This document shows, in pieces, positions 13,089-24,429 of a DNA stretch of 50,754 nt. A model generated the notes under the pieces. That model was not told where the DNA came from, did not search any database, and saw only the letters and a list, made by a program, of their open reading frames with translations. The stretch covers positions 6,995,671 through 7,046,424 of the forward strand of contig NC_057740.1 of NCBI RefSeq assembly GCF_004010195.1, in the 5' to 3' direction. The number at the start of each line of letters is the position of its first letter. Positions within the stretch are counted from its first letter, which is position 1. Source of the DNA: Chiloscyllium plagiosum. Taxonomy: Eukaryota. A program made the position numbers and the translations under genes.

Positions 13089-14270
13089 ATAGAACATAGA
13101 ACATAGAACAATACAGCACAGAACAGGCCCTTCGGCCCACGATGTTGTGCTGAACATTTGTCCTAGCTTAAGCACCCATTCATGTACCTATCCAATTGCC
13201 GCTTAAAGGTCGCCAATGATTCTGACTCTACCACTCCCACAGGCAGCGCATTCCATGCCCCACCACTCTCTGAGTAAAGAACCTACCCCTGACATCCCCC
13301 CATACCTTCCACCCTTCACCTTAAATTTATGTCCCCTTGTAACACTCTGTTGTACCCGGGGAAAAAGTTTCTGACTGTCTACTCTATCTATTCCCCTGAT
13401 CATCTTATAAACCTCTATCAAGTCACCCCTCATCCTACGCCGTTCCAACGAGAAAAGGCGGAGAACTCTCAACCTATCCTCGTATGACTTCCTCTCCATT
13501 CCAGGCAACATCCTGGTAAATCTTCTCTGCAAAGCAGAGAAATGACATCCAGTGAGAGTGAGTAGACTGTTGTTGGGATGAGGTGAAGGAGCCTCTTGGC
13601 AAAACCACATCGTCTCCAACCTCATCCGTGTTGGCAGATGTCGTTGGTGATGGTGGGGAGGGCTAATGGAGGGGGGGGTGAAGAGGAGGAACTCAAGCGG
13701 CTGCTGCCTGCACCTGTCTTCAAAGGGACCACTTTCAAGAAGTGGAATTCCACTTGTAACTGGGCTCCAGGCTGAATATTTACCATCTACCACCACTCTC
13801 TGCCTTCGACCGGTTAGCCAGTTTTCTATCTAATTGGCCAAATTTCCCTCTATCCCCTGCCTCCTGACTTTCCGCATAAGCCTAACATTGGGGAACCTTA
13901 TCAAATGCCTTACTAAAATCCATGTATACTACATCCACTGCTCTACCCTCATCCACATGCTTGGTCACCTCCTCAAAGAATTCAATAAGACTTGTAAGGC
14001 AAGACCTACCCTTCACAAATCCGTGCTGGCTGTCCCTAATCAAGCAGTGTCTTTCCAGATACTCATAAATCCTATCCCTCAGTATCCTTTCCATTACTTT
14101 GCCCACCACCGAAGTAAGACTAACTGGCCTGTAATTCCCGGGGTTATCCCTATTCCCTTTTTTGAACAGGGGCACAACATTCGCCACTCTCCAGTCCCCT
14201 GATACCACCCCCGTTGACAGTGAAAACGAAAAGATCATTGCCAACGGTACTGCAATTTCCTCTCTTGCAT
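13089..14270 (-). mobile_element. CR1-type LINE, 5'-truncated, RT core replaced by unrelated sequence
   Basis: ORFs WRVANVVPLFKKG..NYRPVSLTS..VYMDFSKAFDKVP and RFTRMLPGME. The 3' tail microsatellite (ATAGAAC)n is at about 13089-13110. Confidence 0.92.
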
Positions 14271-16009
14271 CTAATTCTGGACTCACCCACAGGTGAAATA
14301 TCCTTTCCACGTCCACCTTGTTGGGACCATTCAGGATCTTATACACTTCAAATCAATTCACTAAAGTAGGTCTCAACCTAGTAAATCTCCACTGAATAGT
14401 TTCGATCAAAATTGTATTCTTCCTTAAATAAGGAGGAAAACAGCACACAGTATTCAAGATGTAGTCTCAGCAATGCCTGAAATGTAACATCCTTACTTTT
14501 CTGTTCAATTTCTTGTCAGATAGGATAGTATCCCATTCAATTTCTTCATCACTTGCTGTGCCTCCACACTAGGTTTATGAGACTCATGCACTATGACACC
14601 TTTCTTTGCACTTGCAATAGTTCTCTATTTAAATTATATTCTGCTTTTCCTATGCCAGTGTTTTGCCCACTCACTTGAGCAGTCCATATTGGCCTGCATC
14701 CCTGAAATGACCTCTTCACAACATATTTTCCGATCTAGCTTTGTGTCATCACTATTTTAACCTTCAATCCTTTCACCTAAGTCGTTGATATAAATTGTTT
14801 AAGCTGAGTGCCCAGGGAAAGGTTGCTGACAAAACATTGGTAAAATCAGCAGTAATGAGGCAATGGATAATGTTTGTGAAAATTTACCAGAAAGGCTGAC
14901 TACATCTCCAATTGCTTAGATCAGCTGGTCCAGGTGCTTTTCCAAACAGGTTGTTAAAGGAAATGGAACTGAAGATAGTAGAAGGGTTTGCCATAATCTT
15001 CTAACTTGTGTTGACAGCGGGAATGTACAAGTGATTGAAGAGAAGTGACTGATATCGTTATCCAAAAACATGTCAAACGGCCTAGCCACCTATTCAGTTG
15101 TATCAAACTAATAAAAAATATCATGAATGGAATGTGACTGGATCAACCACCTGGCACTGACCTCTGCAGTAAAAAGAACTAACTCAGTTCTGTTGAACCC
15201 TCCTCCAATTACCTTGTTCCTAACATGAGGGCTAATGCCAAAATTGGGAAAACTAGCTTACAGACTAGTCAAGCCATAGCCTGATATAATCCATTTGTGG
15301 AATCATAACTTACAATGTCCCAGTCAGTACCATCATCACCCCGGATATGTTCTGTACCCACAGCAAGACAGAACTAGTAGATGTGGTGACTAGTGGTATG
15401 GACTCAGGAGGGAGATGCTCATCGCATCAGGTGAAGCAGGGCAAGGAAGGTTCTTCCTGATTCCCATGTGCCACCATCACCTCAGCTGATGAATCATTAT
15501 TCCTCAACGTTGAACATGGAGAAGGTACTGTGGGTGGTGAAGTCCAATCCTCAGATTAAGGAAACCCTCCATTGTATTGTGTGACACTACCACCATGCTA
15601 AATGGGATAGACTTCAAACAGGTCTAGCAACTCAAGACTCTACATTCATGAAGCACTGTGGGCCATCAACAACAGCAGAATTGTACTTCAACACAATATG
15701 CAAATACATGCCATATTCTAGATTGGAGTGGTGCTGGAATCTGGTCTAGAATCTAATCTAGAATCTGGTTTCCAGCATCTGCAGTCATTGTTTTTACCAA
15801 ATACATGCTATGATATTTCCCACACTTAACCATTACCATTAAGCCATGATGTGGAGGTGCTGGTATGGGGCTGGGGTGGACAAAGTTAAAAATCACTCAA
15901 CACCAGGTTATAGTCCCACAGGTTTATTTGGAAGCACTAGCTTTCGGAGTGCCGCTCCTTCAACCAAGAAGGAAATGCTAGTCCATTCAGGTGGAATTCT
16001 AAATTACAG

Positions 16010-16276
16010 ATTTAGATTAATTACTTACAGTGTGGAAACAGGCCCTTTGGCCCAACAAGTCCACACCTGACCCGCCAAAGCGCAATCCACCCAGATCCAT
16101 TCCCCTACACCTAACACTACGGGCAACTTATCATGGCCAATTCACCTAACCTGCACGTTTTTGGACTGTGGGAGGAAACCCACACAGACACGGGGAGAAT
16201 GTGCAAACTCCACACAGCCAGTCGCCTGAGGTGGGAATTGAACCCGGGTCTGTGGCGCTGTGATGCAGCAGTGCTA
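16010..16276 (-). mobile_element. HE1-like tRNA-derived V-SINE
   Basis: Reverse complement of the SINE at 45178 and 48776 (ttagcactgctgc..acccgggttcaattcc..tgtgtggagtttgcacattctcccc). Confidence 0.85.
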
Positions 16277-17797
16277 ATTGGAGATTACATCTACTATGTT
16301 GAGCAAATCAAGGTTACTTATTAAGAATATAATCTTTGCAAGTAGTGACTTTTGGCAATGGAGTTGACCAAATGTCATATACTCACTTCCTAAATGCTTG
16401 GCTGGCAGTTTCATTGATCTCTTTGATTGCCAGTAACAACTGTCTTCCTCATTTCTTTTTCTGCTCCCTTATTGTGTTGTAGAGATAACTTCTGAACTTC
16501 TCCAACCGTCCCATCACCAGCATCATAAAAAAGCCAAATGTTCCTTGTCACTGAAGCTTAACAGATGAGGCAGCTGAAACTTTGGTTTTGAAGTGCTTAG
16601 CATGCTTGCACTGGAGATAGAGATGATAGCTAAACGTTGTCCACAAATGAAACCAAGAGAGATACATGTACCAAACACTAAGACAAGAATGACTAGACCA
16701 GATGTAGGGAAGAATAAATCTGAAGGCACCAGCTGCTTAGCTGTTCCATTATCCAACTTTGAGGCATGTACAAGACACCTGATGCGCATCGTAAGATTCA
16801 GTATCTGTGTTTCTCGCACCTCATCACATTGTGAAGGATTTAATGATTTTCAGCATCTTGGCCCTCACTGACCCAGAACTGGGTACCAACGTTTGAATTA
16901 CTATACTCCAGTGCACAGAGAACACAGCAGTCACAAAATTAGTTCTGTAACTGATAGTGTAACTAACAATACAATCTATTATATTCTTCAGGAGTCTAGT
17001 TTTAAATCTGAAAGCTCACCATGTCAGGCCAAACCTGCAACTGAGGCATGGCCCCTTCAAATGCAATGTACATTTATAAGATAATGTAAGTGTATGACAG
17101 AACATTCAGGAGAAGTAATCTGAGGCTTAATTTACTAATTCATAAATTGGCTAATTTACAGAATTTGAGCTGCAACATCTGTTTAATGAGGAAAGCAAAG
17201 TTCATTCCAGGGGGTTACAACATTGCAAGTAATGACCTACAGTTTTTTGGTGAACTGGACAATTGTCAAATACTAGAAACGCTCACACCATCATCAATCA
17301 CCTCAACACACACTGCCTGATTATTCATTCTGTTCAGGTCAAAAATTTCTACTTTGGATACAAAGTGTGGAAATGGGGCTCCCTGTAATATTGATACGAT
17401 CAGCAAGTGCCCTAATGTATGGATAGAGTCTTGCCCAATCATGTTACTTGTCATGCATGTCTAAGAAATCAACTCTGCCATTCATGATCAAGAGTTGGAA
17501 CTCGGCAGAGAAAAGGAACAGGATTTAACCAGGAGGAAGATATAGTGATGCATGAATTCGGACAGATTTCCATTGTTTCACATAATTAAGCAGACACCTG
17601 GATTACAATTTGGCCAAAATTGATAGATGGTAGTGCTGCTGCGAAAACATCCATCCAATCAGAATATCAAGGCAACATTTACACTGGCCATGATTTTCCA
17701 CAATCTTCTAGACGTAGGAGAAAATGAGAACTGCAGATCAGAGTCGAAGAGTCAGGCAGCATCCAAGGAGCAGGACAGTCACCGTTTCAGGCATTTC

Positions 17798-17825
17798 CTG
17801 ATGAAGGGCTTATGCCCGAAACGTC
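17798..17825 (+). ncRNA. minimal hammerhead ribozyme motif (family A)
   Basis: CTGATGA-a-gggc(ttat)gccc-GAAAC-GTC. Confidence 0.72.
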
Positions 17826-18193
17826 GACTCTCCTACTCCTCAGATGTTGGAAAGGCTGTGCCTTTCCAGCACCACAATGTCCTCAACGTATACCAGCAGA
17901 CTGTAAGTTAGCAAAATGTTTCAAGAAGGGACAGAAAAGACAGGATTTTTTTAAAATGGCAAAATAAACCAGAGGGGATAGATCTTTGATTTAACTCATT
18001 TGTAATCTAAATGCGTTACCTGAAACAGTGGTAGCCCAAATTCCTTAGTAACTTTCAAAAGAGAAATGCTTGGAAAAGTGATCAAATCCTTTGGAGTATG
18101 TTATTGTGCAGGCTAAATACTTTTTGAACTAATGAGTAGAATTAGAGTAAAAATCAAGCACAGGGAGGCCAGGAAAACTTTGCGAATTTGAAC

Positions 18194-18199
18194 TTTATT
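18194..18199 (-). terminator. polyadenylation signal of rpl37
   Basis: AATAAA on the minus strand 23 nt after the stop codon. Confidence 0.8.
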
Positions 18200-18222
18200 T
18201 GTTGTGTAGATACACTGATAGT

Positions 18223-18292
18223 TTATGCAGTGCTGGAGGAAGCCATTGCTGAACGTCTGGGCTTCGGAGTAGTCCCCTCGCGGAATCCATTC
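18223..18292 (-). CDS. rpl37: rpl37 exon 4, coding part (70 nt including stop)
   Basis: gtgcag|GAATGGATTC...TAA; translates (R)NGFREGTTPKPRRSAMASSSTA*. The four exons sum to 3+136+85+70=294 nt, i.e. 97 aa plus stop. Confidence 0.97.
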
Positions 18293-18584
18293 CTGCACAC
18301 AAAGGTGGGAAAGTAGTTAGGGTAGTGGAATGTTTCGTGGCAAAAACCAAGTACAACTGAGTATGCCTCTATAGGAATGCCAGAATAATCTTCACTCTTT
18401 CGAACCCCCAGCACTTTTGCTGTACCCTTCTATAGGAATCATTGTCTCTAGCCAAAGACTAATTGTAGCTTTGTTTGTCCTCTCTAATTCTCTTACAAAG
18501 GTGACAATTCCAATTAAGTACAATCTGATGGATGCCAGCAGCCCTCTGGTGGTCATTTTTCCCACCTAACTGTATAAAATGAGT

Positions 18585-18746
18585 ACAGCGCGTTCTGGTA
18601 TAATGCAACAGTTGCGTTCCTCTGCAACCTGGTGCTATGGGAAAATCATTGTACCCATTCCGTCGAAAATTTGCATTATCCAAACAGCATCCACATTTTG
18701 TCAATTGCACTACAGCCAATTCACATTAATGAAACATGCGTTATAC
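18585..18746. mobile_element. possible Tigger-like DNA transposon remnant in rpl37 intron 3
   Basis: TA|CAG..gttctggtataatgc start and a partial inverted end catgcgttata. Confidence 0.35.
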
Positions 18747-18774
18747 TTTAACACACTAAAGATAATTAGCAGGA

Positions 18775-19460
18775 TTTAGAGTCATACTGCAAGGAAACAG
18801 ACCTTTCAGTCTAAACTATACATAATTATATGCTACACATAATCCCAAACTAAACTAGTCCCACCTGCCTGCTCCTGGCCCATATCCCACCAAACCTTTC
18901 CTATTCATGTACTTATCGAAATGCCTTTTAAACATTGTAATTGTACCCACATCCATCACTTCCTTAAGAAGTTTATTCAACATACAAACCACCTTTGTAA
19001 AAAAATTTGCTCTCCTGTCTTTTTTAAAAGTGAGAAGCAAGATATTTTTAAATGTGCCCCCTAATCTTGAAATTCCCCCAAGATAGGGAAAAGACAATTA
19101 CCATTAACTCTATCTCTACCCCTCATATTTTATTCTATACGGTCACTGCTCAACTTCCTATACTCCAGTGAAATAAGTTCCAGCCTTTCTTTATAACTCA
19201 AGCAGTCCATACTTGGCAATATCTTGGTAAACCTCTTCTCAACCACCTCAAGCTTCATAGTATCCTTCATATAACCAGAACTGGACACAATATTCCAATA
19301 GGCCTTACCAATGCCCTGTACAATCTCAACATGACTTCCAAACTCTGTACTCAAAGGATGGACCGATGAAGACAAGCATGCTAAATGCCTTTTTAGCCAC
19401 TCTGTCTATATGTAAGGGAAACTTCAAAGAATTATGCACCTGAACTCTTAGGGCTCTTTA
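18775..19460 (-). mobile_element. CR1 LINE 3' fragment
   Basis: Remnants KRFTKILP and FKRHFDKYMNRKGL.GYGPGAGRWD. Confidence 0.85.
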
Positions 19461-19704
19461 TGTGGGCATATTTTTAAAATGAGAGGAGAGAGTGTAGTAA
19501 GATATGAGGAGCACATGTTTTACACAGAGGATGGCTCGCATGTGGGATAAATTTCCAGAGGAAGTGGTGGATGTGGGTACAATTACAACATTTAAAAGAC
19601 ATTTGGACAGTACATGAACAGGAAAGGCTTGGTGGGATATGGGCTGAAAATGTGTTGCTGGAAAAGCGCAGCAGGTCAAACAGCATCCAAGGAACAGGAG
19701 AATC

Positions 19705-19732
19705 GACGTTTCAGGCATAAGCCCTTCTTCAG
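19705..19732 (-). ncRNA. minimal hammerhead ribozyme motif (family A), sense within rpl37 intron 3
   Basis: Minus strand CTGAAGA-a-gggc(ttat)gcct-GAAAC-GTC, with a G-U pair closing stem II. Confidence 0.65.
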
Positions 19733-19806
19733 GAATGAGGAAAGTGCGTCCAGCAGGCTAAGATAAAAGGTAGGGAGGAGGGACTTGGGGGAGGGGCGTT
19801 GGAAGT

Positions 19807-19957
19807 NNNNNNNNNNNNNNNNNNNNNNNNNNNNNNNNNNNNNNNNNNNNNNNNNNNNNNNNNNNNNNNNNNNNNNNNNNNNNNNNNNNNNNNNNNNNNN
19901 NNNNNNNNNNNNNNNNNNNNNNNNNNNNNNNNNNNNNNNNNNNNNNNNNNNNNNNNN
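19807..19957. other. assembly gap (151 N)
   Basis: Run of N. Confidence 1.
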
Positions 19958-20135
19958 CCCCCCACACTGGGCTCAAATTCTCTCTACCCCCACACCGGGC
20001 TCGATCTCTCTCTACCCTTGCACTTGTCTCAATCTCTCTCTCTCCGTGCTGGGCTCGATCTCTCTCTATCCATTGCACTGGGCTCAGTTTCTCGCCCCCC
20101 GCGTTGGCCTTGATCTCTCTACCCTTGCACTGGGC
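19958..20135 (+). repeat. minisatellite, unit of about 26-30 bp
   Basis: About six imperfect units of the type cactgggctcgatctctctctacccttg, abutting the gap. Confidence 0.75.
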
Positions 20136-23100
20136 GGATATGGAAGTGTCCCTTGGGGCCTTGGAGGGAAGTAAGGGGGGAGGTGTGGGCGCAAGTTTTG
20201 CATTTCTTGCGGTTGCAGGGGAAGGTGCCGGGAGTGGAGGTTGGGTTGGTGGGGGGTGTGGACCTGACGAGGGAGTCACTGAGGGAGTGGTCTTTTCAGA
20301 ACGTTCATAGGGGAGGGGAGGGAAATATTTCCCTGTTCAGGAATGAGGAAAGTGTGTCCAGCAGGCTAAGATAAAAGGTAGGGAGGAGGGACTCCAGCAG
20401 GCCAAGATAAAAGGGAGGGAGGAGGGACTCCTTGGATGCTGCCTGACCTGCTGCGCTTTTCCAGCAACACATTTTCAGCTCTGATCTCCAGCATCTGCAG
20501 TCCTCACTTTCTCCTTGGTGGGATATGGGCCAGGAGCAGGCAGGGTAGGACTAGTTTAGTTTGAGATTACGGTCAGGATGGACTGGTTGGACTGAAACAT
20601 CTGTTTCCATGCCGTGTTACTCTATAACTACCCAAGGGCCTACCACTAATTGTATCAACCCCACCCTTGTGTGTTGTCTGTTGAATAATACCCCTGCAAT
20701 CATCTGTGCTGGAGTCTCACCCATTCACCATACTTATTAACAAATTACATAACTAATTAGCTCACCACTAACCTTAACTTAATGATGGCATAAAAAATGT
20801 AGCAGTGTAAGGAGCGTGGATGAAGCATAAAACTACAAATATATTATTAAATGGATGCTAAAAACTGCGATAAATGGATATTGAATACAGGCAAATAAAA
20901 GATCCAATATAGATCCTATGAGGATAAGACAGAACTCTTTCTAAACGTTGTAGAAAAGTGTGGCGCTGAAAAAACACAGCAGGTCAGGCAGCATGGCTCT
21001 TCCTAAACGTTGAAAAGCTAGAAACAGTGAAGGTCCAAAGAAACTTGGGGCTCCATGCACAAATCATTAAACTGGCAAGAAAATAATAAATGTTAATAAA
21101 AAGGGTAATGAAATACTGCTTTCCTTTCTAGAGGACTAGTATTCAAGGCAGTAAAGTTATACTTTGACTAGGTAAGGCCTTGACTGTGAGCAGTCTGGGC
21201 ACCATACTTTAAGAAGGATATATTGGCCTTAAGAGACAATGCGGTGCAGATTCACCAAAACTATCATTGTACCTAGGAGGTTAAATTACAAGGAGACTAC
21301 AAACACTAGCCAGTGCTCCCTGGAATTTGATGCAATATGATCAAAATCAAGATATTTAGGGAAACAAGTGGAAGTAGAGAGAAACTGTTTGTATGTTGGG
21401 GAATATGGATCAGAAGACCGTCTAAAATTAGAGCCAGGCCTATCAGGACTGAAATCCGGACACTTAAACACATAACTCGTCAAGATATTTGTGCTCTTCT
21501 GCAAATTGCAACTAATACTAGACGGTTACATTTTAAACATGAAATTAATGGAAATTTGTTTTTCAGACATATAAAGCAATTTAGGACAAAGGTCAATTAG
21601 TTTGGAGAGCAGTCATGGTATCACAGAATAAGAGAAAGGAAAAAAAAACTGAAGAAATAGGAGCAAGAGCAGGCTATTCAGCACCTGAAGCTGGCCTCAT
21701 CATTCAACAAGATTATGGCTGATTTGCCCAAGGCCTCAATTTCTCTTTCTGGTCAGCTCCTCGTAGCCATCAACTTGTTGACGCTTCAAACATCTATTTA
21801 CCTCCTCCTTGAATGTTTTCAGTGATATAGCCTCCAGAACTATGGGGCTGAGAATTTCAGACATTTTCTACCCTCAGAAAAGATTTCTTTGCATCTAAGT
21901 TATAAATGATTGTTTCCTTATTGTGTAACAATGTTCCTATTGTCTCACTACTGAAAACATCTTGTCAACATCTACTGTCAAGTCCCTCAGAATCTTGTAT
22001 ATTTCAATAAGATTACCTCTTGTTCTCTGAAACTCTAATGAGTTTAATTCTAATAGGCTAACCTGTTCAACCCTCTCATCTCAGGAACCTCTCGAACAAC
22101 CTCCAATGCCAACCTTCCTTAAATACGAGGACGCAACTGTATGCAGTATTCCACGTGTGATGTCACTAACATCCTACACAATTGCCCGACCACAAGAAAT
22201 GCAGGGGTTTTTAAAATTCTAAACCCCCAGAAAATTTCAACTTGTCTTGTTAACTACTTAATGCACATGCATGCTAACATTGTGTTTCGTGCGGATCATC
22301 CAAATTCCTCTTTTGTGGAGTTTTTCTCCTTTTAAATCAGTTTCGGATGCTTCCTACTAAAGTGCAAAAACTCACCTTTTCCTACATTAAACACCACTTG
22401 CCAAGTATTTGCCCAAACAGTCAATTGCAAGTGGTTTTCCAATACATTGGAATCCTCCCTAATATTAGCGAGTTCGAGAATATTTCAACCAATTCTCAAG
22501 TACTCAATATTTCCTTCAATTATAAAGAACACCAGTCCTCTGGAATACCTTCCTCTTCATTTATGTAATAGTACTCCAAAATTTGATGCTATTGCAGAGA
22601 AACCTCGAAGTTTCAGCAAACCATTTTCCAAATTGTTGCAGGTTTTGCTACTCAACTTCATTGTTATGCAGCACCTTGGAATATTCCAAGAATCTGAAAG
22701 GTGCTAATTTGGAGTAATATACATGGAATAGACAAGTAGTAGGGTTTTTTTTTAAAAAGTGATAACTTATAAAAACACACCACATTCCTTCTCTAAAACT
22801 TGTTACTTTAAGATGGCATTTGACCCCAATTCAATGTACAGTAAACATTTTAGGTGGCAGAAAAATGTCAAATCAAGGCTTAAGCACCACCACTAACACA
22901 ACAATTATCATATATTAAATTAACAGGCTGTTTCCATTATGTGAACAAAGGAATTTAAAAAGGAAAACCTAACAAAAAACACCAACATTTTAACGACAAG
23001 AAATGTAGAAGTGTAAAATACACACCCTCTAGGGGTTTCTGAGGGTTTCCCAAACATCCAGGCTGCATTCATAACAGATCATTTTAATCATTGATTTGGG

Positions 23101-23828
23101 GCATGCCTTAGATTCATTTTTCTCCCAACTATCCAGCCGAACACCCGAATCAAATTATAAAAAGGTGCTGTAATGTGTTCTGATTCAAGGCCTTAATATA
23201 TTCTAAATATTTATCGATCTCAAATCAAAACTTCTTGAAGAAGGAGAAAGTGAGGAATGCAGATGCTGGAGACCAGAGTTGAGAAGTGTGGTGCTGGAAA
23301 AACACAGCAGGCCAGGCAGCATCCGAGGAGCAGGAGAATCGACATTTCAGGCAAAAGCCCTTCTTCAAGTTCTTGAAGAACCCCAGTCCAAGCTCATTTG
23401 ATGAGGAAAGCGGAAATTCAGTGATTTGGATTCAGACTAGATTACAGAGGTTACAGACTCGCTCCTGATCTGGCATACTACTACCTCCCAGATTCACCAC
23501 CCAATGCTGCCCCTCTCCGACATACAGCCATAAACACTGCTCTTTCTGAGATACAACCCACTCCTTCACTCCAACACTCCTTCCTCTAGATAAACCAACC
23601 CTATCCCACTCCACAATATGAGCCTCTTACAGATGGCCTTCCCAGCCCAAACTGTACCTCTGTCAGGAGATAAAAAAAAGAACACTCTAGAAGCCTATTC
23701 CAATTTTCTACTTTTCATCTTATGGAAGAATTGATGTTTGATCATTTCACACAGAAACAGTGATCATGTGCATTAGCACTGCTGCCATGATCATTACAAA
23801 CAGCCTCTCAGCATCACTACACCCCTTA

Positions 23829-23978
<150 letters not shown>

Positions 23979-24429
23979 CTATTCAACAAGAGTGGATGTT
24001 CCCACCGACCAGTTCACAAACCAGAGATTACAGCCTCTCAGTTTACTCCATATATCAAACATTTAAATAATGTTGAAACATGGGGATTTTACTATAGCTA
24101 AGGGGTAATACTTCTGAGGATACCTTGAGATGTTGAGAATTCATCAGTACAAGATCAAGAGTTGACCGAATTAAAATCTTCAAACTTCTGAAGAACTACA
24201 CAAGTCAAATAGCAACGCCTTCTTTTCACTGGTCAAATAAGGAGCACAAATTGAAAATAACCACAAACGACACCAGAGCAGTTAAGAATTTTTACAGCAT
24301 GATATGGGTTTTTGACTGGTAAAGACTGAATGGTAAGAACACCAGGAGTGAAATCAGGCATAAGTGAATTGAAGAACAATGCCTGCATGAACTTTAGGGT
24401 GAAAATCAAGTGATTGCTAAAAGCATTCT

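Larger units (their letters stand above)
19645..20515. mobile_element. Penelope-like (family A) fragments inserted in a CR1 3' end, spanning the assembly gap
   Basis: Family A termini at both ends, GIY-YIG-proximal sequence at 20135-20335, and the direct repeat ttggtgggatatgggc on either side. Confidence 0.75.

Noticed and set aside
15698-15705. Octamer ATTTGCAT on the minus strand (Ig promoter motif)
   Set aside because: It lies in decayed repeat sequence with no leader or V exon downstream.
21856-21866. AAATGTCTGAA, complementary to a 28S rRNA segment (snoRNA-guide-like)
   Set aside because: The context is a decayed CR1 3' region with no C/D boxes.
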